Shown piece after piece: positions 31,146 to 42,072 of a DNA stretch of 64,000 nt. Below the pieces are notes generated by a model, which worked only from the letters and a program-made list of their open reading frames with translations, did not search any database and was not told the origin of the DNA. The position numbers were made by a program, and so were the translations under genes. The stretch's first letter is position 1. Every line of letters begins with the position of its first letter. The DNA is from Vermamoeba vermiformis (lineage: Eukaryota): positions 1-64,000 of the forward strand of contig JBEWZL010000136.1 in NCBI GenBank assembly GCA_045837725.1, given 5' to 3'.

Positions 31146-31616
31146 TTAATTTACCCAGTTGTACAACCAGTTTCGGTACGCGTAATCAGCACCTACTTCA
31201 GATAACATCGCGACACCCACTATATTAATCAATGCTGATGTATTGAATATCTGGCCGTCGCCAATGTAGAGAAGGGCTACGGTACCGAGTGCATTAATGG
31301 CTGGATTCGCTAAGGACTTTTCAAAGTCGCTAAGGGCACGATAGTCATTTACTTGCTCAATGACTGTCTCGCTGAATGCATTGGCAATTAAATTACCACC
31401 TGCGACTGCCATACCAAGGGCCATTGGAATACTCATATCATAACCGAAAAATGGTATTCGGCCCTGTCCTTGGCCCATGAAACTAGACACGGCGTATGCT
31501 ACAGCGCCCGCCGCCAGGGGCTTGGCCGCCACTTTTGAAATGCGTTGAAGCGTACTCTCACGCTCACCACTGGCCATGGCCGATCCCATCGGCATATATT
31601 GTGAATACTTGTTCAT
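31146..31616 (-). CDS. Viral multi-pass membrane protein (156 aa)
   Basis: About four Gly/Ala-rich hydrophobic helices. Confidence 0.75.
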   Translation of the reverse strand: MNKYSQYMPMGSAMASGERESTLQRISKVAAKPLAAGAVAYAVSSFMGQGQGRIPFFGYDMSIPMALGMAVAGGNLIANAFSETVIEQVNDYRALSDFEKSLANPAINALGTVALLYIGDGQIFNTSALINIVGVAMLSEVGADYAYRNWLYNWVN

Positions 31617-31665
31617 TGTTCGACTTCAAAAAAACTATATTATTGTTGTAATTTTTTCAAATAAT

Positions 31666-31803
31666 TTAAATGGTTCCCTTGCGGTACTGGGCCGAAGCCT
31701 TTTTGACTGCTGCTTTCCAGCTGCCGCCCCTCTTATGGATTTTCTTGGCCTTTGCAACAATCTTTTTGAGTGCTGTTTGGCCCTTCTTCGCTCCTCTCTT
31801 CAT
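31666..31803 (-). CDS. Very basic 45-aa protein (candidate DNA-condensing core protein), absent from the ORF track
   Basis: Manual translation: MKRGAKKGQTALKKIVAKAKKIHKRGGSWKAAVKKASAQYRKGTI*. Confidence 0.65.
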   Translation of the reverse strand: MKRGAKKGQTALKKIVAKAKKIHKRGGSWKAAVKKASAQYRKGTI

Positions 31804-31849
31804 CGTTCGACTGTGATTAATAACTTAAACTATATTTTAAGGTACAAAC

Positions 31850-33025
31850 TTAATTTTTAATTAATTGTATTTGGTTTCGCACGGTCGTTATTGTCCCGCC
31901 ATCAGGGGCCTCAACAGTGTACTTGCCGCCATATACCTTGCTAACTGTGTAAATCTGCTTAGACCATTGAGGTATATAACCCTTTACGAAGTTGTGCCTT
32001 CTGTCAGATTGCAACCTAGGGTCTAATGCATAAATGGACACACGCACTTGATTTCCAACAGATACCTTCGGGAATTCCCTTGTGGTTTGTTTAATAGACT
32101 TATCCGCGGCCTGTTTGATACGTTTAGCTGCGGCTTTGGCCGTAGGATCACGCCTGTTCTTATCATGAAGGGAGAAAGGGCGGCACTTGGTAGTCGCATG
32201 TAGGGATTCGTTGTACATCAAAACGCACCAGTCAACAACGCGTCTATCTACCTTAAGGCGCGGTCCTGAGTTGTTAAGCATGTACTTTTGAATAATCCCC
32301 TTGATAGTCTTATTAAATCTCTCCACGATTCCCTGAGACTCCTTCACGTACACACCGGACCTAATATGCTTTGGATGGCCACCATTTGCCCTTGCAAATT
32401 CGTCAATGAAGGCCCTGAAGCTCGCTTCGAATTCCACTCCATTGTCCGATTTGATCACTTTTGGATGGTTCTGGGGCGTCATAATCTCACGCATGAAGTT
32501 CGCGGTATCAGTGGACGTCGGAGTCTTACCGTTGCGCTTAAGTAATGTCTTTACCCATGCGAATTTCGAAAAACAGTCTATGACACAGAATAGCCACACA
32601 TCTTCGTTATCGCCTGACTTGTAAAGGGTGCAATCGCATTGCCACACAGCATTAGGTTCCCGCACAATCGTTGGTCTTGTAATAGGATTGTTGCGTGCGA
32701 CATATCGTGTCCTTTGTTGCGTTTCATTTTTATTCAACCATTCATTTATGAATCTGAATGATATATTTGCGTATTCACGCTTGAGGTCATCGAAAAGTTT
32801 ATCACGGCCCAATCCGGTCTCTTTGTAGCGTGCTGATACAATCTCCTCGGCCTCCTGGGGTCTCACTACACGTCTATTGGTGCCAGAGGCGAAAAGTACT
32901 CCATTGCGCAATTCAAATTGGCTCGCAACGGCCTTAAAACGGTATATCCCGGACCTAGCAAGCGGCGGCAAGGCCCCTTCTGAGTGATACGCGATGATCC
33001 TGTTAATGTCCTCGTCAGTTAACAT
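31850..33025 (-). CDS. Retroviral-like (rve) DDE integrase, Polinton/PLV type
   Basis: WQCD, VIDCFSKFAW, IKSDNGVEF, SQGIVERFNKTIK, YNESLH, C-terminal VGNQVRV...FVKGYIPQWSKQIYTV. Confidence 0.95.
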   Translation of the reverse strand: MLTDEDINRIIAYHSEGALPPLARSGIYRFKAVASQFELRNGVLFASGTNRRVVRPQEAEEIVSARYKETGLGRDKLFDDLKREYANISFRFINEWLNKNETQQRTRYVARNNPITRPTIVREPNAVWQCDCTLYKSGDNEDVWLFCVIDCFSKFAWVKTLLKRNGKTPTSTDTANFMREIMTPQNHPKVIKSDNGVEFEASFRAFIDEFARANGGHPKHIRSGVYVKESQGIVERFNKTIKGIIQKYMLNNSGPRLKVDRRVVDWCVLMYNESLHATTKCRPFSLHDKNRRDPTAKAAAKRIKQAADKSIKQTTREFPKVSVGNQVRVSIYALDPRLQSDRRHNFVKGYIPQWSKQIYTVSKVYGGKYTVEAPDGGTITTVRNQIQLIKN

Positions 33026-33073
33026 TTTGTAAAAATAATTTTTTATTTTACTATATTATAGCAGGAAAAGATA

Positions 33074-33853
33074 ATGAATGCAATTAAGACCCCTTCATCC
33101 ATTTTAATGTGCGCGGCCCCGATGGCTGGCAAATCATACATGATATCCTATTTACTGTACTGTTTGTGCAAAATGAAGCGATTTAACCATGTTCTCGTGT
33201 TTTCACCAACGGCCCACGACGATTACAAGTTTGTGCCTGAAAATTGGCGTTATGACGAGTGGAAGCCTGATGTCGTGCAACATCATATGGCCCAACAGAA
33301 ACGACTGATGGGCGAAGGTAAAAACATTCAAATGGCAGTTGTTTTCGACGACATCATAGGTACTTTTAATATGAAAGACAAGCTCATTGAAAAACTAATG
33401 ACAACATTTAGGCATTATAATATGACTATATTTGTCGCGACTCAGTGGGTTTATGCATGCCCACCGTCGATTCGTAATTCGGCTTCGTATGTATTTATAT
33501 TTCAACAGTCAATGGCCAGGGCATTTGACGCATTGTACGAGTCATTTGGCCAATTGTTCGAGACCAAGGAGCAATTCAAGCGCGTGATAAATTCCTGTAC
33601 GCATGACTATAATGTACTTATGTACGATCGAATGGCCCCAAATGATATCCGTAAGAAATACAAAGTAGTCAAAGCAGGTGTTGTACCGTCCAATTTTAAA
33701 TTAGTTGATGCCGCGAAACAAAAAAATTCTCAAACTAAAAATTTAAGTTATGATAATTATAATACAAATTACAACGAAGATGACGACACCGAATACCGTG
33801 GACAAATCGTTCCTCGCTCAATGCATAATTATGGCCGCGGAGGAATTTATTAA
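33074..33853 (+). CDS. A32-like genome packaging ATPase (FtsK-HerA superfamily)
   Basis: Walker A AAPMAGKS, Walker B VVFDD, RHYNMTIFVATQ, PPSIRN. Confidence 0.92.
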   Translation: MNAIKTPSSILMCAAPMAGKSYMISYLLYCLCKMKRFNHVLVFSPTAHDDYKFVPENWRYDEWKPDVVQHHMAQQKRLMGEGKNIQMAVVFDDIIGTFNMKDKLIEKLMTTFRHYNMTIFVATQWVYACPPSIRNSASYVFIFQQSMARAFDALYESFGQLFETKEQFKRVINSCTHDYNVLMYDRMAPNDIRKKYKVVKAGVVPSNFKLVDAAKQKNSQTKNLSYDNYNTNYNEDDDTEYRGQIVPRSMHNYGRGGIY

Positions 33854-34076
33854 AATCGAGGACAACAGCAGGGCCGCTTTACTTACTTATAATAATGACA
33901 ATCTGTTGGAAATCAAGTTGCTTCAATCAGGTGGTTTCATTGCAGCTGAAGCGGCCAAGATGTACATAGCCGCGCGTGGTGGGGCAGCTACACAGGCGGC
34001 ACTTAAGGCCGAGATGGAGCGTGCTATGAGGGCTGAAACGGACCCTGTAGCAGTGCGGGCTCAGGATAGCGAGTAG
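33750..34076 (+). CDS. Viral hypothetical protein whose 3' end lies inside the right terminal repeat (likely start about 33780)
   Basis: Frame reads ...ETDPVAVRAQDSE* with stop at 34074-34076, inside 34046-34161. Confidence 0.55.
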   Translation: MIIIIQITTKMTTPNTVDKSFLAQCIIMAAEEFIKIEDNSRAALLTYNNDNLLEIKLLQSGGFIAAEAAKMYIAARGGAATQAALKAEMERAMRAETDPVAVRAQDSE

Positions 34077-34161
34077 GCAGCGCTGAGCACGATTTATGCT
34101 TGATTTATGCATGCCGGGCCTAATTTTTTGTTAGGCAGTGTCTCGATGTCGCACTATTTCA
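34046..34161 (+). repeat. Right terminal direct repeat (116 bp, TG...CA)
   Basis: Identical to 9549-9664; followed by TSD CCAAG. Confidence 0.97.
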
Positions 34162-34177
34162 CCAAGCCAATCTTCAT
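34162..34177 (-). pseudogene. Displaced start (MKIGL) of the host glycoside hydrolase gene
   Basis: ATG AAG ATT GGC TTG G continues in frame into 9543 and below once the element and one TSD copy are removed. Confidence 0.8.
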
Positions 34178-34904
34178 AGTGCCAGGTTGCGTTGATGTGT
34201 TCTTGTGATTAAAATAAAGCGAGTTAGATTTAATTACCGACAAGGACAAGATTGACGTGTGGAGGGAAACAGGATCAAAATTAACTTCGGAACAATAATT
34301 TAGGCAAAGATGCTTGTATTTCTAATGAGGACACCAGCATAAAGATAACGTACATAATACTTAAATTATACCGGCAGAAGTAGGCCAGCCTTCTCGATCG
34401 AGATTTAAAAAACGAATGCCGAAACTCGTTTCGCTACAACAGTTACCGCACGTGCCTAAAATATTTTTCGTACGGTTTTTTCTTTCAAATCTGAATTAGA
34501 CCAGATTTAAGCCAGAACCAAATCTGCAATATTTGACGGTAATAAAGCTGCATTGGGGTGAGCGGGAAGGGATATGCTCTATTGCTGGTGGTAGTATCCA
34601 TTTGAGAGCTCAGATTAGTCCTGGGCTCTCCGCCGCCTAAATTTGTGGAGGTTCGTTGAATCCGACACGTCACCACGTCGTAAAATTTTCCTTGCCTTGA
34701 GGAGTCAGCAGAACCAAATTTAAATTCTTTAAGATTAACCATACACAACAAGCGAGTTTTGCCGGTAAGTAAAGAATAAGAATAAAAACGAAACCGATCG
34801 ATCGGCATTATTTTGCATCTCGTTTGTGCTTGCCGTGAATGCACTAAAAACTTATTCTTTACGCGTTCTACCTAGTAATTTTATATTTATAGCACTCCTA
34901 GATC

Positions 34905-37900
34905 ATGGGCAAATTCTCCTTTCCTGGCCTGACTTCAGATCAGGTAGAAAAATCGCGACAAAAGTATGGAACCAACGAACTGCCACCGCCAGAGATCGAA
35001 ACCTTTTGGGAGAAGCTCGTGGAAAATTTTCAGGTATTTTTGGATAATTTATAACATTTACTGGTGGATTTATAATTTCGCAAACTAGATCTTGACGTAG
35101 TCTTTTTCTTAATTGTTTATTTTCAATAGGATCCACTTATTAAAATTTTATGCGTCGCATTAGTAATTACTCTATTCCTTGCTTTCCTTGGTTTTGCGGA
35201 TTGGTTTGAAGGGATCGGCATTGCGGCAGCAGTTTTTCTCGCCACTTTCGTATCAACATACAGCGAATATAAAAACGAAGGCTCTTTCCAACAACTTCAA
35301 TTAGAAGCTGCGAGGATCCAGAACAACGTGTTCCGCGAAGGCAATTTACAGAAAGTTATTGTTGGCGATCTGGTCGTAGGCGATATGGTATTTTTAGAGG
35401 TAAGCTCTTCATCACATATAATAATGCGTATTTTTGCTTATCGTATTTTATTAGCCCGGTGACAAGGTTCCCGCCGATGGTTATTTAGTTGCCGGAAGTG
35501 TACAGGTGCGTAACACGGCCGATTATTCGCCGTATAAATTTCACTCGCTAAATCATGTTTGCAGGCCAATCAAATGGCCCTCACTGGTGAAGCTGAGCCA
35601 ATTCGCAAAGACACAGCCACTGGTGACATGAGCCCGCGCAATCAAAAAGACCAATCGTTGACTGACCCTTACCGTCTCTTCCGTGGCTCTGTCATCGAAG
35701 ACGGCGAAGGTGTCATGAAAGTGACGTCAGTTGGTGTCGAGACATTCTACGGCAAATTGGCTGCTGAATTTACTGCAGTTGAAGACCGCAAATCACCGTT
35801 GCAAGTCAAATTGTCGAACTTGGCCGACGCTATCAGCACTCTCGGATACATTGGTGCTTCGCTCATCGCTGTGTCGTTCTTGTTCAAGCAATTTGTGATG
35901 GATCAAGGATACAGCTTTGAGGCCTTTGTGCAATACGTGTCACACTGGCAACTCGCGCTCAAAGACGTTGTGAACTCACTTATCTTGGCTATTATCGTCA
36001 TCGTAGTCGCCGTACCTGAGGTAAGCGAATTTAAATAGGGTGTCTCCTTTAGGACTTGCATTAATGTTACCGCGCAGGGTTTGCCTATGATGATTGCCAT
36101 CGTGTTGTCTTTGAATATGCGCAAGTTGCTCAAGTCCAAGGTCCTCGTGCGCAAGTTATTGGGTATCGAGACTGCTGGCTCGTTGAGCATTTTGTTCACC
36201 GACAAGACTGGTACTTTGACGAAAGGTACGTGCAACCTATCGTTCCTATTGGTGTAATTATTAACCGTTGATGAAGGTGAGCTGCGCGCTCATTTGTTCT
36301 TGACCGGCTCCACCAAAATGTTCAATAGCTACCGCGAGATCCCCGATTCATTGAAGAACGTATTGGGCTTCTGCATTAAGAACAGCACCTCTTCTCAATT
36401 AGGCCCTGGTGGTGAAATTATTGGTGGAAATGCTTCTGACCGCGCGTTCTTGTCATTCGTCGACAAAGACGATTTAATGGGACCAATGGACGTCCACCTC
36501 GAAGAAGAAATTCTCTTCAGCAGTGTTCGCAAGTTCTCTGCTGCCCGATTGCGCGTCAATAGAGAAAGCGTTGGCCGCTTGCCTCCTATGGACGGCTATG
36601 AAGGCGGTGACTTGAACATCACTGTCGTCAAGGGAGCTCCCGAAATTATTCTTTCCAAATGCGACCACTACTACACTGAGGACGGCAAGATCAGAAACTT
36701 TGATCGCTTGAAGGAGATTGAACACGAGATTGACACTCTGTCCCGCAAGGGCCTTAGAGTCGTCGCCGTAGCCACGAGCAAAGAACCTCTTTCTCAAGTT
36801 CCCACCAAGTCTCTTCCCTCCACTTTGGCCCTCGTCGGCATTGTTGGCATTGAAGACGAAGTTCGTCCTCGTGCCCAAGAAGCTGTTGACATGTTGACTA
36901 CCGCTGGAATTCAAGTCGTCATGATTACTGGTGATCGCAAGGAGACTGCCATTGCGGTTGCTCGTGACATCAACTTGTTGCCTCCTGTCGACGAGAACAA
37001 ATCTCGCCAAGAACAAGACTCCTCATTGCCGCAATACTCCGTACTCACTTCAACCGACATCCAGAAGATGAATGACGAAGAACTCGGCGCCAATCTGTCC
37101 AAGATCAGAGTCATTGCTCGCGCACTTCCGACTGACAAGAGCAGACTCGTGCGCGTCGCTCAAGGCTTGAACAAGGTCGTCGGCATGACTGGTGACGGTG
37201 TCAATGACAGCAGTGCTTTGAAGAAGGCTGACGTTGGTTTTGGCATGGGTTCTGGTACCGAAGTCGCCAAAGAAGCCAGTGACATTGTTATTCTCGACGA
37301 CGACATCTTCTCCATCACCAATGCCGTGTTGTACGGTCGTACTATCTTCAAGTCCATCAGAAAGTTCATCGTCTTCCAATCGACGATCAACTTGGCCTCT
37401 ACCTTGATTGTCTTCTTGGGTCCCTTCATGGGCTTTGACTTCCCGCTCACCATCATTCAACTTTTGTGGGTCAACTTGGTCATGGACACCTTGGCTGCTT
37501 TGGCCTTCGGAGGCGAGCCAGCTTTGAAGAGCTACATGAAAGAACATCCCACCAAGCGTAACGAAGCCATCATCAGCCCGGAGATGTGGTCGTACATCCT
37601 GTTCAACGGTTCGTTCATTGCAGCTTTGTCTGTCATCTTCTTGACGTGGGACCCCATCGCCGAGCATTTCACCCGCGACGGCAAGCCCAGTGATCCAGTG
37701 TTCTTGACTGCTTTCTTCTCGTTCTTCATTTTCATCAGCGTCATCAATGCATTCAACGTGCGCACTCCTCGCTTGAACGTCTTCAATCACCTGTGGGAGA
37801 ACAGTGGCTTTGTGCGCGTCATCACGCTTATTTTCGTCGTGCAGATCACCTTCAGCTACTTTGGCGGATCTGTTCTGCGCACCGTTCCGTTGACGATGAA

Positions 37901-38048
37901 CGAGTGGCTCACTATTATCGTCGCTTCATTGGTGATTATCCCATGGGACTCAATCCGCAAGATCTTCATTGCTCCTCTTTTACCTAAAAAGTTCAAGGAT
38001 CTGTCTTGGCTCGAAGAATACGAAAAGCAAGATAAGAAAGATGATTAA
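34905..38048 (+). CDS. Calcium-translocating P-type ATPase (type II, PMCA-like), multi-exon
   Basis: PGDKVPADG, LTGE, VAVPEGL, DKTGTLT phosphorylation motif, KGAPE, MITGD, GDGVND; GT-AG introns. Confidence 0.93.
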
Positions 38049-38182
38049 GATATAACATTATTAACTTGAATCAATATCAATCGAATACCTGTGAATACGT
38101 CAATAAATTTTTGTGAAACGTATCCCGATTTTTCCGATCCAAAAACCAGTCCTTCTCGTTATTTTAACTACAAAACCACAAA

Positions 38183-39429
38183 ATGTCCACAAAATCAATT
38201 ATTATCGTCAGCTGCCTCTTGTTTGTTGCTCTTGCCGTTTTCGCCAAAGACAACAGCTGGGTAAGTGATTACATCTCTGTTGATCGAGTGGACACAAATC
38301 GCTAATCGCATGATCTTCGATCAGGACTACATGCTCTTCGTCCAAAGATGGCCTGAGACTTTCTGCGAAGGACACCATTGCCACAGGTAATAAATCTGAA
38401 AATATTTCATTATTATTTTTGGATTCGCTTCGCTTTAATTCTAACTAACATCATTTCATTAATTATAGCACCCTCAATCAATTCACCATTCACGGTAATT
38501 ATTATTTCAATTTTCATTAACGGTTATCGTCGGATCAGGGAAATTCAGAAATTTTGACCTGAAGACGCTTTAATAACTTACAAATATTAAAATTATTACC
38601 ATCATTAGGTTTGTGGCCCAACAGAGCTGACGGATCATAGTACGCATCCATTCACGAAAATCATTTTGCTGTTCGTTATTGACCCGATAATTTTTTATAG
38701 CCCTTCCAACTGCAACCTCGCTCCTCAATTCAATAAGGTAAGTATTAATGTTATGGATCATAATCCCAAATATCGGCTGATTTAACTTGTGATCCAACAG
38801 CAAAACTTGACCGACAACCCCAGCGTGCTCAGCGCTATGCTTCAATGGTGGCCCGATGTTCAACAAGGTGACAACTACGGCTTCTGGAGCCACGAGTGGA
38901 GTACGTAAACAACCTTCATATCTCTATTGTTCGTGTGCTGATCGCGATCTGCCCCTCAGACAAGCACGGTACTTGCGCTGCCTCCCTTGCCGCTCTTAAC
39001 ACCGAACAAAACTTCTTCAAGTACTCTTGCAACTTGGCCGCCAAGACTGATATCTTCGTAAGCTCCCGGAGCTAATTAATTTTACTAGTGCGAAACTAAC
39101 TGACACATACTTGCAGAACAACTTGGCCAATGCTGGCATCACTCCTGGCAACGGCCCTTACTCCGGCAGTGCCATCAAGGCTGCCATCAAGAACGCTGTT
39201 GGTGTATGTTAAAATCCCTTAATTTACTTATGTTGCAACACGTGCAAGCGGCTGATCTGGTCTTATTTTCCAGGCCATTCCTTCGCTCCAATGCTTCAAC
39301 GGTGATTTGTGGCGCGTCAACATGTGCGTCGGCAAGGACTTGCAATTGCACGACTGCACTCAGTGGAACGTCGCTGACGAAGGCTGCAGCCAAAACCAGA
39401 TCACTTACCCTGCCGCTGGCACTCGTTAA
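38183..39429 (+). CDS. Secreted ribonuclease T2, many short exons
   Basis: Signal peptide; spliced CAS I FTIHGLWP and CAS II FWSHEW.KHGTC. Confidence 0.88.
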
Positions 39430-39508
39430 TTTTGTTAATTAATTCACATTATTAGCAAATCGCATTAAATCCAAAGTTATTTAGCGAAACAATATATTAC
39501 AGCTGCAT

Positions 39509-40806
39509 TTATTTTTTCTCTTTCTTCTCCTTTTTATCTTTTTTGTCCTTTTTATCTTTAGGTTTCGATACTTCGAGAGTGCTCATGATTTCAGTTTGAT
39601 GGTCTGTGAGTTCTTGCTCCCAGCCTGCTACTTTCACGAGCTCTTTCAACGTCTGTTGTAGATCGCCGAGCAGTGCCACATCCCGTACGTTGTCAGGACC
39701 GTCAAAGTTGAAGCCCTTGACTTCACCAAAAAACGCGCCTATCTTAGCTACTCGTTCGCCTGCCTTCTCCATATTGATTAGCACTCGCGGCACGTGTGGC
39801 TTAACGAGTGCAATTAGACCTGAGAATGGTTGAACTTTCAAACTGGATCCCATCACTAACAGCAGATCGCACTTCGGGAAATCCTGTGATGCGTGTTAGC
39901 AATCGGTAGTAAGTTCCTTATTAATAACGTACTTCGTCCATTAAATCGAAAAACCTCTCGGGCAATTCTTCGCCAAAGAAGACCACATCCGGCTTGACGA
40001 CACCACCGTCACAGTTCTCGCAATACCCGATCTTCTTCTTGAGTACCTTAGCTTTGAACCACGCAGGTGAGTACTCAGCTTTGCATTTATAGCAATGATT
40101 GCTGTGCACTGATCCGTGCGCCTCCACCATCTTTTCGCCAGGCACACCTGCACGTCGTTCTAATGTGTCGATATTTTGCGTGTAACATCGCAAGAGCACA
40201 CCTCGCTTGTGCAAATAGGACACGAAGAAGTGTGCGAAGGTTGGCTGGTTAATGTTAGGCTGTTACGTAACATTAACGATGACTTTATAACCTACCAAAT
40301 ATTCATCAGCAAATAAATTAGCGGCTCGTTCGTAATAGGGCTTTGGATTCGCTATGAATGCGCTATTGTTCAACGTAGGTAAATTTAACGGAGGAGATTG
40401 CAAGTTGAATTAGCACTTACTCGATAGAAAATAATTGTTCTGGACTCGACATATTATATTTCTTCGCCATTTGAGCGTAGATACCAGTCTTAGGCGACCT
40501 GATCCAATAGGTAAAAATAAAAATTATTTAAATTGGAAACCTACCGGAAATCTGGAATACCAGCCGCTGTGCTTATGCCGGCACCGCACAGTACGATAAC
40601 ATTTTTATATTGGCCTGATTTTAAAAGCTCGGCAACGCCATTTAAATCGAGAGTGAATTTCTTTTCATCGGTCTTAGTCGAATCCGTCACACTCAGCTTC
40701 GATAATCCCTCTGTTATATCTTTCTCTGCAATGATTAATTAATTACTGACCAGTTTTCAAGCTTGAGGAGTGAGACAATCCTACCTGTAGCTTGATCCTT
40801 CTCCAT
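39509..40806 (-). CDS. Sirtuin (class I, SIRT2/Hst2-like NAD-dependent deacetylase), multi-exon
   Basis: GAGISTAAGIPDFRSP, TQNIDTLE, EAHGS, CxxC...CxxC, KPDVVFFGE, GSSLKVQPF. Confidence 0.92.
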
Positions 40807-40945
40807 TTTAACCACTAGAGTCCTTGGAGCCACAAAAATTATTTAAATATCGGTTGTGTTAATCGACGAGCGGCGGTTAAGAAACAATTAAGGGGACGAA
40901 TGAATTTCTCTGAAGGAGGAAAAATTTCGGTTCGTTAAAAGCAAC

Positions 40946-42072
40946 ATGATTTCGCTACTTAAGCCAACAATAGAGACACTACATAGTGCGCTCGAAGAAC
41001 AAAGAGATAAAAATGTCACGTACGATCTGATACAAGGCACGCTCGATCATAAGGACCTAGCGTGGTTCAAAAAGGATCCCAAATATTCCAACTATAATAT
41101 TGATAATTTTAGAATTAAAATCGGAGAAGGCGCAACATTTTTTGACCTCGCCGTTGAAGGATTGAAGCAATTCAAGGTAATTCAAATTAATTCTAGAATA
41201 TTTCGAAATCGATTTTATTATTCTTTCGAGTTCTGTGCCCTCAAAATACTACCATAAAATTATATTTTAATATTTTGCAATATTTTTTTTGACATTACTT
41301 ACTTCAGAACTTCAAATTTTCTTGGTCGGATACAGTGACACTTGACGATGGTCTCTTTGACGGTGAGTGCCTAAAACCAACACAAATCCTTATAATTGCA
41401 TTATAAAATACCAGTTTTCATTGACATTATGGTGCAGGAATGGTGCTAGGTCAATTAGTGCGGATGTCGCTTGTGGGTCCGTGGTCCTACATGGTCTGCA
41501 AAATCATATACACATTAGACGAGGTAGAAGAAGATGGCAGTGCTAAAAGGTACGTACGAAATAAACATGTTCAACACGAGTACTGAAATTTACTTCTTCG
41601 CAACCAGATTTGGCTACGCGTACGGAACATTACCGCTACATTTGGAGAGCGGAGAGGCGCGATTTATGATTGAATGGTATGTATTAATACATAATGTTGA
41701 AATATTGGTATAGATTGAACTAAAATGAACTATTGTACTTGAACAGGAACCAACAAGACAACTCTGTATATTATGAAACACTTTCATTTTCAAGACCGCA
41801 ACACTTGATGAGTAAATTAGGCTATCCTGTAGCTAGGTGAGCTCAATATACTCGATTAACTGGCATTGATAAAGACTATGGATCTGGTCTTTAGCACCAT
41901 ATTGGGCTTTGCTGAGTCAGCAACAATGTTATTCTTTTACTTGAAATTAGTATAGTCCTAAAATGGTATAATATTATTAATAGCCTTATTTAGGTACACT
42001 CAAGCGGCGTTCAATCGCGACTCGGCCCTCGCACTTGCTGACTATGTAAAATCTCAAATAAAACACCTGTAA
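40946..42072 (+). CDS. DUF1990/UPF0548-family protein, multi-exon
   Basis: RIKIGEG...F; FGYAYGTLPLHLESGEARF; SFSRP. Confidence 0.75.

Larger units (their letters stand above)
9549..34161. mobile_element. Endogenous integrating DNA virus (PLV/Mriyavirus-like gene set), 24,613 bp, with LTR-like direct terminal repeats
   Basis: Identical 116-bp direct repeats TG...CA; CCAAG TSD at 9544-9548 and 34162-34166; densely packed ORFs without spliceosomal introns: MCP, penton, A32 ATPase, rve integrase, primase-helicase, HUH endonuclease. Confidence 0.95.

Noticed and set aside
9549-34161. LTR retrotransposon or endogenous retrovirus
   Set aside because: Ends are LTR-like, but there is no gag, RT, RNase H, PBS or PPT; the genes are those of a DJR-capsid DNA virus on both strands
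9549-34161. Classical Polinton/Maverick
   Set aside because: No protein-primed PolB or adenoviral-type protease recognised, no long terminal inverted repeats, and the TSD is 5 bp rather than the usual 6
9549-34161. Contaminating phage contig or chimeric assembly
   Set aside because: The perfect TSD and in-frame restoration of the interrupted host exon indicate a real integration; long-read confirmation is still desirable
36474-37790. Long minus-strand ORFs opposite the P-type ATPase (similar cases opposite the peroxidase, MCP, primase and fibre genes)
   Set aside because: Antisense shadows of codon-biased genes, with no independent motifs
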